A stretch of DNA of 64,000 bases from Eledone cirrhosa (GCA_964016885.1 OZ024741.1:82770001-82834000), one strand, 5' to 3'; shown: positions 12,535-27,427, numbered from the stretch's first letter. A program made the numbers and translations. Notes: generated by a model from the sequence alone, not told the origin.

Positions 12535-13668
12535 ATTTAATACAATAACAGAGATAGCTTTAAGCTAAACTCCGACTGGTAACCATCTCACTCAACAAAC
12601 ATTAGGTTATACGTTAGTATAAACCCAATTTAAGTGTTTGGGGTGCTAACTAAATGTATGTTGTGGAAAGCCAGTTATATTATTTTATATGAGATATAAT
12701 TAAAGTTAAAATATATCTCTCTTTCCAAACAATTGTTTCATTATAAGTTTTCTACAAGTTTGGAGAATGTTTCCAGTTTATGTAGAAGCCTAACATATTT
12801 TCATGTAAGAAAATATTTAGGTGGGCACTTATAAATCGTCAGTGGAAGCCCATTAAACTTTGATATAAGAAAAAATTCCTTACCACAGTTAATTTTCGTG
12901 TCCGCTAAGTTGTTCCTTCACGCATCGAATGACCGCCAAATTTGGAATTCCAGCAATCTTTTGACTGAGGAAGTATCATAGCGTCACGAATCGGAAAAGG
13001 GAGACAACCACGATTCACGAGAAAAGTAAAATAATATACACGTGGATTAATTATTTTTTTCAAAAACATTATCAATCCTGCGTGTTAAGAACTCAATTAA
13101 TTATAAAAATAAATGTATGCGTGTATTAAAAAAATAAATGTATGCATGTAATTATTTACACACGCATATACATATTTTCCTAGGCTAAAAACAGAGAAAT
13201 GATTCCCCCCCAAAAAACAATATCTCATAACAGCAATAAATACGGAAAGTCATGTTTATAAGGTACCTGGAAATAAAAATCTCTGGCCAAATCAAGAGTA
13301 AAATATTTAATACAATAACAGAGATAGCTTTAAGCTAAACTCCGACTGGTAACCATCTCACTCAACAAACATTAGGTTATACGTTAGTATAAACCCGATT
13401 TAAGTGTTTGGGGTGCTAACTAAATGTAATTTGTGGAAAGCCAGTTGTATTATTTTATATGAGATATAATTAAAGTTAAAATATCTCTCTCTTTCCAAAC
13501 AATTGTTTCATTATAAGTTTTCTACAAGTTTGGAGAATGTTTCCAGTTTATGTAGAAGCCCAACATATTTTCATGTAAGAAAATATTTAGGTGGGCACTT
13601 ATAAATCGTCAGTGGAAGCCCATTAAACTTTGATATAAGAAAAAATTCCTTACCACAGTTAAATTTCG
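12535..13668 (-). repeat. Direct repeat (12535-12900 and 13305-13668, period 770) with a degenerate minus-strand hammerhead in each copy
   Basis: Near-identical ~365-bp blocks. Minus strand cca CTGACGA tttataag...cttacat GAAA atatgtt; core at 12836-12842 and 13606-13612. Confidence 0.7.
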
Positions 13669-13746
13669 TATATATATATATATATATATATAAATTTCGT
13701 ATATATATATAAATATATATAAATTTCGTATATATATACAGAGAGA

Positions 13747-13780
<34 letters not shown>

Positions 13781-13787
13781 TACAGAG

Positions 13788-13858
<71 letters not shown>

Positions 13859-14076
13859 AACTCGCATATACAAAACACATAGATGTATATATAAATTCAT
13901 ATATACAGATATGCACTTAATGATTAAATCTATTTTACATTTTACTACTTTAATTATTTCATTTACATATATGTCTATAGTTTATGTGGATTATTCATCC
14001 CGAAGTTACGTGTACTTAAAAGGGTTAACTTCCTATTGTGGCAAGATGGGTGAGATAGGAAATTCAGTCTGTTTAT

Positions 14077-14190
<114 letters not shown>

Positions 14191-14967
14191 TGTTTACAGG
14201 GTGAAAGTTCTTGACACAGTGGAAGTATGTTTGGGTCACAAATGTGAAGGCATACATTCGATTGTGAGTGTAGCGTTTGTGTTCTTGATAAAACTATTTT
14301 TTTCTTATTTTTCATCACTTCAATCAGCTGGAAAAAATGATTACCTATAATCGAAAGCTTTGTTATGCACTGCATCAACCTGAAGAAATAAAATAAAAAT
14401 CTCCTCTATTTCTGTGTATTCAATTGACCGGAAAATTGTAAAGTAAAAATACGGATTATAGAATATTTATCAAAAGATTTCTTACCTTCTCCAATAAAAA
14501 AGAGTTTGTGAAATATACACATCCACAAAATAGCAGTAATGAGGTGAAAGGGGCTTTATGCCCAGTGAAGCCGAAGGAAGCTATAGCCACAGACACACAG
14601 CTAGTGATTCTAAGGCGAGCAGGGTTTCTTCTACATTCTACCTTCTTCTAGTTAGCAAAACAAGAAACAAAGTTCTTCTTGATGTGAGGAGCAGATTGAA
14701 CTGTCTTTGCCAATTAAAATTAGCAGTTATATAGTTATATAACCAGCAGTTGTACTACTAAACCATCGAAACTGTTTAAGATTCTGAGCATTTTTTAATG
14801 TTTTAAGTTATATTGGAAATATTAACCTTTGGAACATTTATAGGTTTACCTACTGTGCAGTTATTTTAAATCATTTGATACCGGGTTCGGTTATTGTATC
14901 AATTATCAAAGGCAAACATTTATTTTTATTTATTTAATTATTTTCATTTTTATCTGAACAAATAACT

Positions 14968-15048
<81 letters not shown>

Positions 15049-15069
15049 TCACATTCTCTCTCTGACATG

Positions 15070-16390
15070 TCTTCACAGATATTGATAGATACGCTCGTGA
15101 GTGTTGTACACATATAGCCGAATTTACATATACATCATTCCCTTCCCTCTTGAATTTTAGCCTTACTTTGTAACTGGAAGCCAGTTTCCTTGAAAAAATT
15201 TCGATATTTCACAATATCACTTTCAGTAAGTAGAAGAAAATCAAAATATATACGTATCTGTTGATTGGAATAGTCTCAGCTTTTGTTTCATCCTTTGTTT
15301 GTATCTGCAGAATTGTTTGCCATTTACTCATGGTATGTTTAATAATTGATTTTCTTGGTGACATTTTATTCATGATTAGTGTGTTGATTATCCATATATG
15401 GGGAAGAGTGTCAAACACGTTTTGAAATCAATCCAAGCCATGCTGAGGATATTTTATTTCTTTATTTATTATTATTTTTTGTTCTTTTTTTGTTTTGGCA
15501 ATTGTTATTTATTAATATCTGGTCTTTTCAGCCATATGAGCCTTCTGGTTGCTTTTTTTCAGGTGGTTGGTTATTTTCTGCGATAGTATCAATGTTAAGG
15601 TTTTGTATGTAGCAGGCAATCATGTTATTGTTCTCTAGTTTTGGGTGTTTGCTATGTCATTATTTTAGGGGTTCAAGGTTGTTTACCCCATAGTGGTTTT
15701 TCTGGTGCTATCAGTATTTTATTAAATTTCTTAACAAACATATAATGTGCCCCTGTTAAATATTTTAACCTGAAGCTCGAGATCTTGTCATGTCCTGGTG
15801 CCTTCTATTTGTTTGCCTCTCTCAGTGTGATAGACAGATCGTCTGCTGTAATATCCTCCAATAGTTGTTCGTCTGCTGTCTTTGCTGTTCTTGCTAGCTC
15901 TGTGCGTGGTAATTTCTCGTCTCCATCTGCCCATATTCTTCTCCAGAATTCTTCCACATCTTTTACGTTCGGGGCGATATTAACTTCTATTTTGTTTCTA
16001 TTAAGATCCTGGTTGAGTCGTGTTCGGTTGGAGTGAAACTGATTTTGTTCAAAAAGCTTTTCACGCTTTTCATAACTCTGGATTCTGTTAGGCTTTCCTT
16101 GGTGTTTGGGATTTCTCTTTCTGTTATATTATGTTTCTTTAGTATTTTTATTTTTTCCCCGTTCTTAGATTTTTTTTTCCTATTTCATTAAACATTGAGG
16201 GGTTTTTCTTTTATTTTCTATCCTTTCTTTTGTGTGTCTTTGATTTCCGTGTTTGTGTGGCTTATTTAATAATTTATTGTTGGTTTTCATCGTTGTGGAA
16301 GGGATATAAACTCTTGGACTTTACCCTCAAGTAGGGAGAGCCCACAATATTTGGGCAATGACCGCAAATGTTCGGACTCTGTTTTGCTAA
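15070..16390 (-). mobile_element. Decayed R4/Dong-type LINE fragment
   Basis: Minus-strand motifs DVEEFWRRIW, KAPGHD, KDQILIN, LSMAWIDFK..FDTLPHIWI and IFQG match the 1130-aa ORF. Stops and frameshifts are present. Confidence 0.8.
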
Positions 16391-16879
16391 AAATATTTTT
16401 TTTTAGAATTTGGAGTCAGCCAGCCCACCCCACCCCCACACACACACGTCATGACTGCTCTCATGTGACAGCGGTGCATACGTGGACAGGAGGAATGCTG
16501 TTCCCACATATAAGTGGGGATACTGCATGAACACGAACATAACATATAGTGTCGAAGACAGCCACCCCCAAAAACACCATCAACTGCAACAACGGTACCA
16601 AAAGCAACAACACAAAAAGCAACAGTAGCAATGACAACACGAACAACAAGTACATCAATGTGAACAACAACACCACCAGCACCAGCAGCAACAACAATGA
16701 CAACGATAACAACAAATCCAACAACAACGAAGGGAATAAAGAAGGCGATTTGCCAAACATGGTCATCAGCAACAACAAAAACGCGATCTACCATTTAACT
16801 ACCAAAATCTTTCAAGTTGTTATTTTGGACAAGAAGCAACAGTTGGCACAGTTGGCGTGAAAAACTGATTAGGCCAGAA

Positions 16880-17300
16880 AATTCCTTGTCCAACCTAACC
16901 GTCTTGGATGAAGGAATAGCAGGAATGCAAAGGAGTACATTGCTATTTAGTTGTAATTCGAAATAAACTCAACGGGCACGGAACTGCGGTGAAACGGGCT
17001 TGTCGGAGATGCGCACAAAACAACGAAATTGTTAAACACGCACTCGTCCAGTGTCCGTACATTACTAACACGTGGAATCATGTGGAACAGCAGTCATCGC
17101 ATGTAGGTTAGATTCGGCTATCGACCGAGTCCATATTGAATATCGCCCCGCGCCTTCATTTGGTCGGGAGGTGCAGGCAGTGCTCCAGTGCCTGGTGGCC
17201 GTAGCGAAAGCGATTGTGTGGTCGATCAGTTGAATACCTCATCAACCTTTTCAAGTTTCATTTCGAAAGGATGGTGAGGTTGAATAGGGGAGTGCTGACA
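16880..17300 (+). mobile_element. Tx1/L1-like LINE 3' fragment (CCHC knuckle)
   Basis: CRRCAQNNEIVKHALVQCP, with downstream similarity to 63130-63270. Confidence 0.7.
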
Positions 17301-17375
17301 CCAGTATATTTGCACAACCTGCCTTGTTAATTGTAATTGTGTAAACTGCAAACAAAGCACCATACATTACCATGA

Positions 17376-17490
17376 TGTTCAAATACCGCCGAGATTAACT
17401 TTGCCTTTCATCCTTGCAGGGTCGATAAAATAAAGTACCAATAATGTACTGGGTGATTGCTGGCCTTGTGCCAAATGTAGAAACAATTAT
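17376..17490 (+). mobile_element. tRNA-SINE 3' half
   Basis: gttcaaataccgccgagattaactttgcctttcatcctt...gtagaaacaattatt. Confidence 0.85.
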
Positions 17491-17859
17491 TTTGCGAGTG
17501 AAGGGGAAGGGAGTCCATTCCAGTGAAAAAAAAAAGAGATTGTGGGTGTAATGTGTTGAAAATATGTAATACTGAAGGTCCAAATATTATGAAGTCGCAT
17601 TTTTATGGTAATGTATGGTGCTTTATTTGCTCACAAAATAATGCAAATATATATGGTACGTGCAAAACATGACTCGATTTCAGCAAATGTCAAGGGGGCA
17701 ATAACAATAATGCTACAACTGTAACCACCACGACAGGAACAACAGCACCAACAATAACTAAAGCAACAACAACCACAGCAGCCGCAACAGTAAAAGAACA
17801 AAAACAATAACAATGAGAAAGTATCTAACTTTCAAGTAGTTGGCCAACGAACAAACACG

Positions 17860-18560
17860 GGGAACTATCGAATCCTGTGACTATGGATAACATCCAGAAA
17901 TCCCTGGTCTGGCAGTGCTACTGGGAAGTATTGTTAGCTTGATTTGACTTTTTTCTGTATGGAATTACCGTCAGCTGTACTTGTCCGAGATGCGCGCAAG
18001 ACCAGGAAACTCTTTGTGTCCTAGTATTGCCGTCTTGTGAGTTTATATCGAACACCTGCCGTCGCGTGTAGAACGCATCCAACTATCAACTTAGTCCATC
18101 GTCTATACCGTACCACTGGCTTCCTTTAACCGGGAAGAACAGGCTGTTTTTAATTGCCTGGTGGTTATGGCGAAAGCTGTTGTGTAGTGGAAATGTTTGA
18201 CAGGTTTGACGAGAAACCCTGATTAACGTTTTCAGGTTTCACTGGATGAGGAAAATCAGGGTGGCGAGGGAAGCTCTTTCTTACTAGTTTGTTGAAAGCT
18301 CGTAAAATGGTGGACATGACTCGAATGAATGTGCCTGTTCTGAGTATGCACCTCTAGGTTGGAAGAGAACAATTGGAAGGAAGCATTAGGGTGAACTTAG
18401 CTATTTGTGGGATTTCTCCCCGACTGTGGATTTTATTTTTATTTGGATTTTAAAATTTTCGTTCTTTTCGTTAAAATGTTTAGACTAAAAACAACACTTT
18501 AACGTCTTGTGTTATAATGTGAATTCTTTAATGTATTCTTAACTTGAGCCCAGTGTGGCT
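17860..18560 (+). mobile_element. Tx1/L1-like LINE 3' fragment
   Basis: CPRCAQDQETL and ..LVVMAKAVV, followed by a 3'UTR resembling 63400-63600. Confidence 0.65.
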
Positions 18561-19632
18561 AATGAAGAAATCATTATTATTGTTATGTTTATGGTGTATC
18601 TTGGAGAGTTTTGTGCGAGTTCCCACCGAAAATCCACGTGGTACTTCGTGTTCCCGAAGTGTGTGTAGCATTGAGTGTTCATATTATTTCACTGCATAAT
18701 TTATTATGTTTTTTTCTTGGCTTTCAGGTTGCTGTTTCATGTGTTATAGTTTGTGTTTGTTCACATTGTATGGTATGCATCGGTCGTGATGATTTCATTG
18801 GCTGTGAAAATATAACCAATGCCTTGCGTACCTGATATTATATGTTTTAACCTCGGATATGCGGTGTGGCTTGTGTAGCATTAATTCTTGCGGTTGTCTA
18901 GAATATCGATTCTGTGAATCGATGGTGCCCCAGTGGTTACGAGGTGTAAAATTTCTCCAAAATACCATAGGCTCAGCAGTATATAACATATTAACCTGTT
19001 ATTGAAATTAAAGAACATAAAATCAATGATAAAGAACTGATAATTTTTTAAATGTTTATAATTATTTAAAATACGTCCAACGTCATTTCATGAACGAAAT
19101 ATCAAATTATGTTCCAAATAACAATAACAGATTGAATTACATTACTAGATACCATGAAATTCCAGATAATTAGGAAACTTATTTGAAAATCATGGGTAGT
19201 CGTTTTCATTTACAATGTGGCAACGAAATTTGTCACGTTATGTTACAAACTTCAGCATAAGAAAAATAGTTATAAATATAAATCTACACCGATTCTGGAT
19301 TATTTTTAAAACGATGTGAAAATAGTAGGTTGTGTATTTCATTAAAAACATAGTAACGGAAATGTTAATCATTAAGAATTTGTAAACAGTATGTCAAAAA
19401 AATTGAACTTATGAAAATGTGCTTGCTCGAACAACATGATATTCGGATATAATTTGTTTCGTGGTAGGGTTTATGTGTATACTTACTTTATAGTGCATTG
19501 TTAATGATTGACACACTTAAATGTTCCTGCATTTTATACGAATAAAATATATCATAAAAAGATATTTCCATTCATTGTGTATACATATTTATACAATTTC
19601 AAAGAAACACATACATAAATACCTATACATAC

Positions 19633-19733
<101 letters not shown>

Positions 19734-20146
19734 TATATATATAGATATACATATATATATATACATACATTCACACACACACACACACACACGCATATAT
19801 ATCTATATATATACATATAAATATATAATATAAAGAAATATTTATATGTATGTATAGATAAAGCATATAAAGTATTATTGAGTGTGTCAAGACACATACC
19901 GCTCTATACACAATGTAACACTATCTAAACATCTCTTTTGAATTTCCTAACATTGTATTAACTGTATATTGAGCACTTCTATTTTAATATGCCGAAGGTG
20001 AGAAAATCTAAGATTATATTTATCACATACACACACATACATCGATACCTACCAACCTACCTACCAACATACATTCATACATACATACGTACTTATACAT
20101 GCATACATACTTACATACGTACTATACCATACTATACAATGACATA

Positions 20147-20186
<40 letters not shown>

Positions 20187-20214
20187 GAAAGATATATGAG
20201 AGTGAGAGCTGGAA

Positions 20215-20328
20215 GAAACTTCTGTTCAGTTAAACACATTGGAGAATATGTGTATGTATTAATATATATATATATATATGTATATACATACACATATTCT
20301 CCAATATGTTAACTGAACAGAAGTTTCT
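20215..20328. repeat. ~45-bp inverted repeat around a (TA)n spacer
   Basis: agaaacttctgttcagttaa..cattggagaatatgtgtatgta / tacatacacatattctccaatatgttaactgaacagaagtttct. Confidence 0.85.
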
Positions 20329-20568
20329 CATCTCATATATCTTTCAATTTTTCTTTTTTTTTTTCCCCATTCTATCATTCAGATGCAACACTAACTTCAT
20401 AAAAGCTACGACAATTTTCTGATAATATCAAGCGTTAAACTAATGTATTTGGCAGGAGTGCTGGGTAAAGGTTGACGTTCGGTTTAAGGCACGTATTGTT
20501 TGATGGCTGAAGTTCTATATGTGCTTGTGTGTGAGGGCAAGGGGGGGGGGGATATAGGAACTGCGGCG

Positions 20569-20600
<32 letters not shown>

Positions 20601-20641
20601 GTGAGTGTATATATATATATATATAGAGAGAGAGAAAGAGT

Positions 20642-20715
<74 letters not shown>

Positions 20716-21229
20716 TATACAGAAAGAGAGAGTGAGAGAGTGAGAGAATCGGAAACGAGATCACATAGGAAACATATCTGATGATCTTTCTATATATATA
20801 CATATATACACACATATCTATCCACAATACTTATAACGCGAATAACACTAAATATAATAGTTAATAATTAAGGTGTTCCTTGTTTTCATCTAATCTGACC
20901 TCCGAAAACAGAATGGGTGGTGGTTGGTGGGGCTCGGACTTAACCACACTTGGAGATTTCTTTTGTGGGGATTTTTTGTCTTCTGATTGTTTTCCTTTGT
21001 TGTCGAACGACCTGACATCTCACTCACCAATGACTCCTTTTTCTAAAAACGAAGGCGGGAAGAGATTGGATTCCTCGGAGTTACAGATAAGCACTTCACA
21101 GTTGTTAACATCTATTCCAAACACCCGCTTGCGGTCGTGTGCAATATTTTTACCTAGTTTTTTGTTCGGGTGATTTCAACAAATCTGAACTTTGACATGC
21201 CTTGAATTTGCCTTCTTTTCCGGAAACTA

Positions 21230-22195
21230 AGTATGGAGTGAGGGGAAAGCCTCGAAAATGTTCATCCCCGGAGATTCCCTCAATATGATTAACAGAAGCG
21301 GGAAGGGGACACTCGCAATTACAGATAAGGACCTCTCAGCCGTTCAAATTTATAGAAAAGCAAACCATTGGTACTAAAGTATGCTTTGATCATTCATCAT
21401 TTTGTATTGCCGTGGCAAGCGCTGTAAGCTTAATTAAGTGACTGTTCATCAATTTACAAAAACACCATTCCAATGAGAAGTGGCTGTGTGAAAGAGCAAT
21501 CCTTGTCCCCCAAAGTGTGAGAGTGAATTCCATCGACCTCTTTCAGAAATGATTCCTTGAAGTAGCCAGACCTACAATTCTGTAGACAAAGTCGTCGACG
21601 AGTACGATGCTGTTCATTATCCCGTTGAATTTCTCAACATTCTAGAACTGTCTGCTACGCTGTCACACTATATTGGATCAGCCAAGATTGGATCAGCCAA
21701 GATTGTGCAATGAAACTCGTGTGGTTGTGACTGAACCCCATTATGGGAGCCAAAATCCTCCTTGGATGTGGTAATACCAACAGATGTCCCCTTTCGTTTC
21801 AAATGATTGCAATTCCCAATAAGTGTCAGTTACGCAATAGCCATTAACTATTCCCAATGTGAAGAGGGTTGTTTTTCATATGGTCCATTATATGTAGGTT
21901 AGTCAAGAATGGGAAGTCATACAAACTCTTTATATATGTTCCAAATAAAACAGTTCAAAACATTGTATATACTGAAATGTTTGATAAGTTTCGAACAATA
22001 CATTTTTCTAGTATTATCTTTATTTCTTTCTGTATTTAGATATTGTAAATACATTTTAGAAATTATGTTATGCAATATTTAAATACCTTTTAATATATTT
22101 TATTCTAAGGAAAATGGACAATATAACCGATGACAATAGGTACCTTAGGAATAGATTTGATAACAGTATATCCCGCGAAGGCGGGAAGTCCTCAG

Positions 22196-22196
<1 letters not shown>
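21230..22196 (+). mobile_element. Helitron 3' fragment (decayed PIF1-like helicase C-terminus + terminal hairpin)
   Basis: WLCERAIL, YPVEFLN, PRLCNETR, IPTDVPFRFK*LQFP..YAIAINYSQ, CFSYGPLYVG*SR and KNIVY. Hairpin tcccgc-gaag-gcggga at 22171-22186 shortly before a CTAG-like end. Confidence 0.85.
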
Positions 22197-22234
<38 letters not shown>

Positions 22235-24183
22235 ATGTGTGTGTGTGTGTGTATGTGTATGTGTGTGTGTGTGTGATTATATGTGTATTAAATCATGTAT
22301 ATGTATAGGAATTTTCAGGTACCACTTTGTTCTACAAACAACTTCAAGCGATTGCAGTTTTTGGCTGATGTGCATGTACCAAAAGTGTAAGGCAACTTAC
22401 CAATTTATATCGCATAGTGTATTCACATAAAGCATCGGTTCGAGTTTGAGTATCAACAAGAGTTAATAAAGGAATTAATGATCACCAACAAAGTGCTATT
22501 CCATTTAAATTCAAAGAAGTCCCTGAACAAACAAAGGAAGTTGAATTTGAGTGGAGATAGTCCAGCACAGATGTTCCTGATTCAACTGTTAACATGCTGC
22601 GAGAGACTGTACCACTTGTGCCGACGTGTTGCTGGAGGACTCACTGATTCGATCAGGGTGTTAAACATATAATCCGAGCAAAGGCGTAATATTGCAAATT
22701 TTATCTGGTAAACATATTTTTCTTCTTGCGATTTTGTTACAAACATACCCGAAATGTCACAGCGGAGACAGCAAAGACGTCCAGGATTACGACATGTCAG
22801 TAGTTGCTAGTTACGCTAGAATCCTACATTAGATCAGCAGAAGAAATATTCTAGCAGATTATTCGGCTAGTTCATAATGATAAGTGACCTCCCACGCCTG
22901 CTATCAGGAAATCGACCGGAGTTTGTCTCTCTGAAGATCCGTGCATCCTCCCGAGATAGTGGGTGTACATTGCTGATGCCTAATATCCAGTTATGCAACA
23001 TCTACGGATGTATACGAGATGAATAACAGAGGAGCAAAGACATTACCATACGAATTAAAGAGATTACATTTGGCAAGTCATTTGGGAACGATAAAATTTG
23101 GCACCGGACGTTAAAGGCCTTCGTTAGAGAAGGTATTGTGTAACAGATATGCGCGCCGAGTTACCTGGAATGGTGCCAAATAAATAGCAAACGTTAGTGA
23201 TAGTGTCAATTTAAAAAAAGTAGAGACGAGAGAGAGTTTTCTAACTATTGAGTATTGTTCTTGTTAAGCCTCTCCGATAAAATCGATGCTAAATGTCTGG
23301 CAAAGAGATGTAGTGAGATTGCCGAGTTCAAGCTATATGACAGACTGTGACTTTCGCCCTTTAATGCAGTACAACCGACCAAATATTCATACTGGGGCAA
23401 ATCTTCGGATAATTGTGGGAGTATTGATAAGTGTTGTATGATTGAATATATATTTAATTACTGTTTCCTAAATTTCATTTGTTTTATATATCAACATATA
23501 TCTTCAAAATAATAGACAAATTTTATCAAACGACATTCATGCTTGACTGCTTTGATAATATATTTGGCACCAAAGGGAGAAAAATATAGTTGCTTGCATT
23601 GTGTACGCAATGTGTATTTATTTTGGGGTAGTGTTTATGTTTAGAATCATCAATCAACTTGAAAACCAGGCACAGATTGACTTGGTGATACTAATAGGGT
23701 AATCAGCACCTCGCCTATAAACATACTGCTAGTACTAACGAATGTTAAGTCTATTACTATCACGCAACGTTGCAGTGTGAGCACATGGACAATATATCGT
23801 GTAACTTGTACCATTTGATAGAAACTTGACGTGGTTTGCGACACGGATCCAGGATATAGACATCTAGAAGAAGAAATATATGTCATGGCTATAGTGTAAT
23901 TAAATCAATTATAACATGTAGCCTTCGTGCTGTTTATATTTATATATATATATATTTATATATATATATAGTAATAATAATAAATTTGAAGTCTAAAATC
24001 CAAAGAGGGCTCGATAAGGATAAATATATATCAAATATATAAGAACCTTTGAGCAAGTATTTATTAAAAAAACAGAATAAAAATTTAAGCAAAGAATCGC
24101 CTCTTTCACCCTTAAAGGGATCTTCTGAAACTAACAGTTCCCTGGGAAAGAGCGGGAAAAAACAAATATAATACGTCATTAAT

Positions 24184-24273
24184 TGTTTCTACATTAGGCA
24201 CAAGGCCAGCAATTAACCAGTGTATTACTGGTACTTTATTTTATTGACCCCGTAAGGATGAAAGGCAAAGTTA
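24184..24273 (-). mobile_element. tRNA-SINE 3' half inserted in the Penelope pLTR, 11-bp TSD
   Basis: TSD acgtcattaat at 24173-24183 and 24274-24284. Confidence 0.85.
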
Positions 24274-25938
24274 ACGTCATTAATAGGAGCGGTGAAAAAC
24301 AATTACGCGCAAAGACAGAACCACGTTTATGGTATAAAAGAGGTCGTAGACTAATGTTCTCTTAGGTGGTTCATGGAGACGTTCTCTGGCAATGAACGAA
24401 AAAAACGAAGATAATTCGTCATATGTAGAGCGTGGAGAACAATTGCACGCAAAGACAAAACCACGCAAATGGTATAGCAGATGTCGTAGACTAAAATTCT
24501 AACTAGGAGACCGAATGAATCTCCGCTTCAGAGTGAAGAATAAAGTAAATAAATACAATACAGAGGTAATAGAAATTAAATAAATACATACACGCATACA
24601 AACACGTACATACACAAGCATACGCGAAAATACTTACCATAAGTATACAAAACCACGCACATATAAATATGTGTGTGTGTGTGTGTGTGCGTATATACAA
24701 ATAAATAAATAATTAAATAAACGTATATAAATAAATAAATACGTATATAACAAGCGCACACACATACCTACATGTAAATACACAAATGTTCGGATACTTA
24801 AATAACCAGAACATGAAGTACACATATACACACACCCTACACACGTACGAACCTGCATACTCACACAGACGCAAAACTCCAGTATACACATAATCAAACC
24901 ATATGTACCAGAATATATAAAATTATACGCCATAACATATACAATGAAATATACGTGAGAGAAAGTATACGTACCTTCACAAAACATCCAGGTAATATAT
25001 ACTTACCTATGCAAATAAGTAATGGTATAAACAAAACATATACTTAACTACCACATCAAGACGTAAAATATCCACGAATAGATCGTACTATCCGTTAGGG
25101 TATCACGTGGGGCTATAATACAGGAAGGTTTTGTGCAATTTAAGTTTACAAGCCGAAATTGCCTCAGATTTTTTGTTTAAGATGTGGTCTGTGGCGTAGA
25201 ATATTTCCAGGGCCTCAGCGGCGCAGAGGTCACATGGTCTTTTATTTCCGTTATACGATCTAGCCCTAGCTAGGATGTCCCAGTGTAACTTATATATTAG
25301 CTGAAAGTGACGTCATATTATTTCTTAAAGCGTAACGAAAAGAATGGGAATCCTTATAAAGACGCTGCTTGAATCTATTGGCGGTTAACCCTATGTAGTC
25401 CCTACGGGACGTGGGTGTTTCAACCTTACATTTGTAGACAATGTTACTAGAGAGGCATTTCCCGGATAGGGGGCAATCAACCCGATTCCTACAATTACAG
25501 TTAGTACTAACTACAGGGTTCACATTTTCCTACGGCTAGGTAGTTTAGCTAAATTTGAAGCTCTGATGTTATGTGCAAGGTTAGGAGTCGTAGAGTAGGA
25601 ATTTTTAATAGTATTTCTATTAAAAATGTTACTATATTTATGTGTAGGGGGAAAATGCTTCGTAATAAGGGAAAGAAGGATCTTAGCTAATGGTGTGGCC
25701 ACCTCCATATTATATGGTGGGTTATACCAACAAATGCGACGGGATCTATTTCTTCTAGGTCAATTTTCGTACTCTGTATATGCTACCTTATCGACATATC
25801 CACTCCGAGCAAGAGCTTCATTGTAATAAGTGGAATGGTCGTTGAAAATATGCTCATTAGTAGATAGACGGTAAAGCCTCAACGAAACGTTTCTTACCAG
25901 GTTCTTGGTTATGCTGGCAGGATGGTTGGAATGCTTAC

Positions 25939-26859
25939 TTATGTAATTAAGCGTTTCATTCGGCTTTCTATACGGGTAATACAACTCATTCGATAAATTG
26001 AGGGTAACGTCGAGGTAATTAACAACCGAGAGATTGGCCTCAACCTGTATAGAGAGGTTGAAGCCTTTAAAGAAGGCTGTGAGTTCTTTTGTGAACCTGT
26101 CGAAAGCACGAGGTCCGCACTTAGTATGGTCAAAAGACCATCATCATGGTACAATCCACCGCCAGCGTTGGGGAATTCGTCATTGATAGAGAAAAGAAGG
26201 AAAAGGCCGATAAGATCAGTAACCTCCGCAGAATCGCTGGCGCCCATACTCACGTCGAATGGGGTACTATTGGATTTTTTAATCCAAATAGAGTCGTCGA
26301 AATTAATCACCGACTTACGGGCATTGAGGATGACAGCAACTTCGAAATCCTTAACCACTGTGAATGTTTTAGCGAAATTGAGAGCTCTAACGAGAAGTGG
26401 TAAAGTGATGGAGGAGTAGTAATTGTTGATGTCGAATTGGATAAAACGGCAATGTTCCTTGTTACATATGCCGTTGAACCAATCAATCACCGTGAAAGAA
26501 TTGTTCCACAGTGCAAGAGGGGCCAAACTTCTAATTTCAGGTATAATTCTATCAAGCATCGTTTTACTAAGTCTACCTAAATCGAACTTCGTAGGGTTAA
26601 TAAGCCGAATAGAGGGGTTGTTCGGAAAATTGGATTTGTGATCCTTCAGGGTAAAGTGGGAAGAAATAGGGTCCAGAGGTTCGGTCCGGTCCAAGATGTT
26701 GAGATCACATGTGATATTAAACCCAGCATCGTTGATTTCATTGATGACGCACCGATTAGTTTTACGGTAATCCTTAGTTACAGAATTATGTAGTAGTTGA
26801 TGGTAAGTACTGCGCTCCAGTTGATATAGGTTGCCAGTTTTGTCGGAATGGACGTGCAC
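25939..26859 (-). pseudogene. Penelope-type reverse transcriptase fragment (306-aa ORF)
   Basis: ORF track shows the RT palm motifs. The frame breaks after YHDD. Confidence 0.85.
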
Positions 26860-27374
26860 GGCATTAGAATCCTTAATAGAACGAATTCTATTCTTCAGGT
26901 CCTGCTGGAAGGAATTGCTCCTATTCCGAAATTTGATACTCCGTATGAGTATTTTAGTCTACTTCTTCTATACCATTTACGTGGCTTTGTCTTTGCGTGC
27001 AATTGTTCCCAACGGTCCACATATGACGTATTATCTTCGTTTTTTTCGTTCATTGCCAGAGAACGTCTCTATGAACCACCTATGAGAACATTAGTCTAGG
27101 ACCTCTTTTATACCATAAACGTGGTTCTGTCTTTGCGCGTAATTGTTTTTCACCGCTCCTATTAATGACGTATTATATTCGTTTTTCCCCGTTCTTTGCC
27201 AGGGAACGTTTCCACGAACCAAAGTATCGTCTTCCTGTCTTCCTTCAGTTGCAACGTTTTTTGAAATATCCACTTCTGCGTTTACAGATTGACTTTGTTA
27301 GTTTCAGAAGATCCCGTTAAGGGGGGAAAGCAGCGATTCTTTGCTTAAAATTTAATCTGTTATTTTAATAAATA

Positions 27375-27422
<48 letters not shown>

Positions 27423-27427
<5 letters not shown>

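Larger units (their letters stand above)
23950..27375 (-). mobile_element. 5'-truncated Penelope-like element (RT + GIY-YIG) with 3' pLTR and inverted pLTR copy at the 5' end
   Basis: RT motifs DKTGNLY, QFDINNYY, MGASDSAE and GLYHDDGL; GIY-YIG motifs IVYKCKV..YIGLT..FKQR. 26945-27375 is the reverse complement of ~24040-24500. Frameshifted. Confidence 0.92.

Noticed and set aside
16387-16860. Asn-rich and Val-rich ORFs
   Set aside because: Decayed (AAC)n microsatellite. The same applies to 17631-17813.
22440-23350. Possible very old L1/Tx1 remnant (..gatgctaaatgtctggcaaagaga..)
   Set aside because: Only one weak motif, too degenerate to call.
23650-23886. 78-aa hydrophobic ORF
   Set aside because: Short, with no recognisable family motif.
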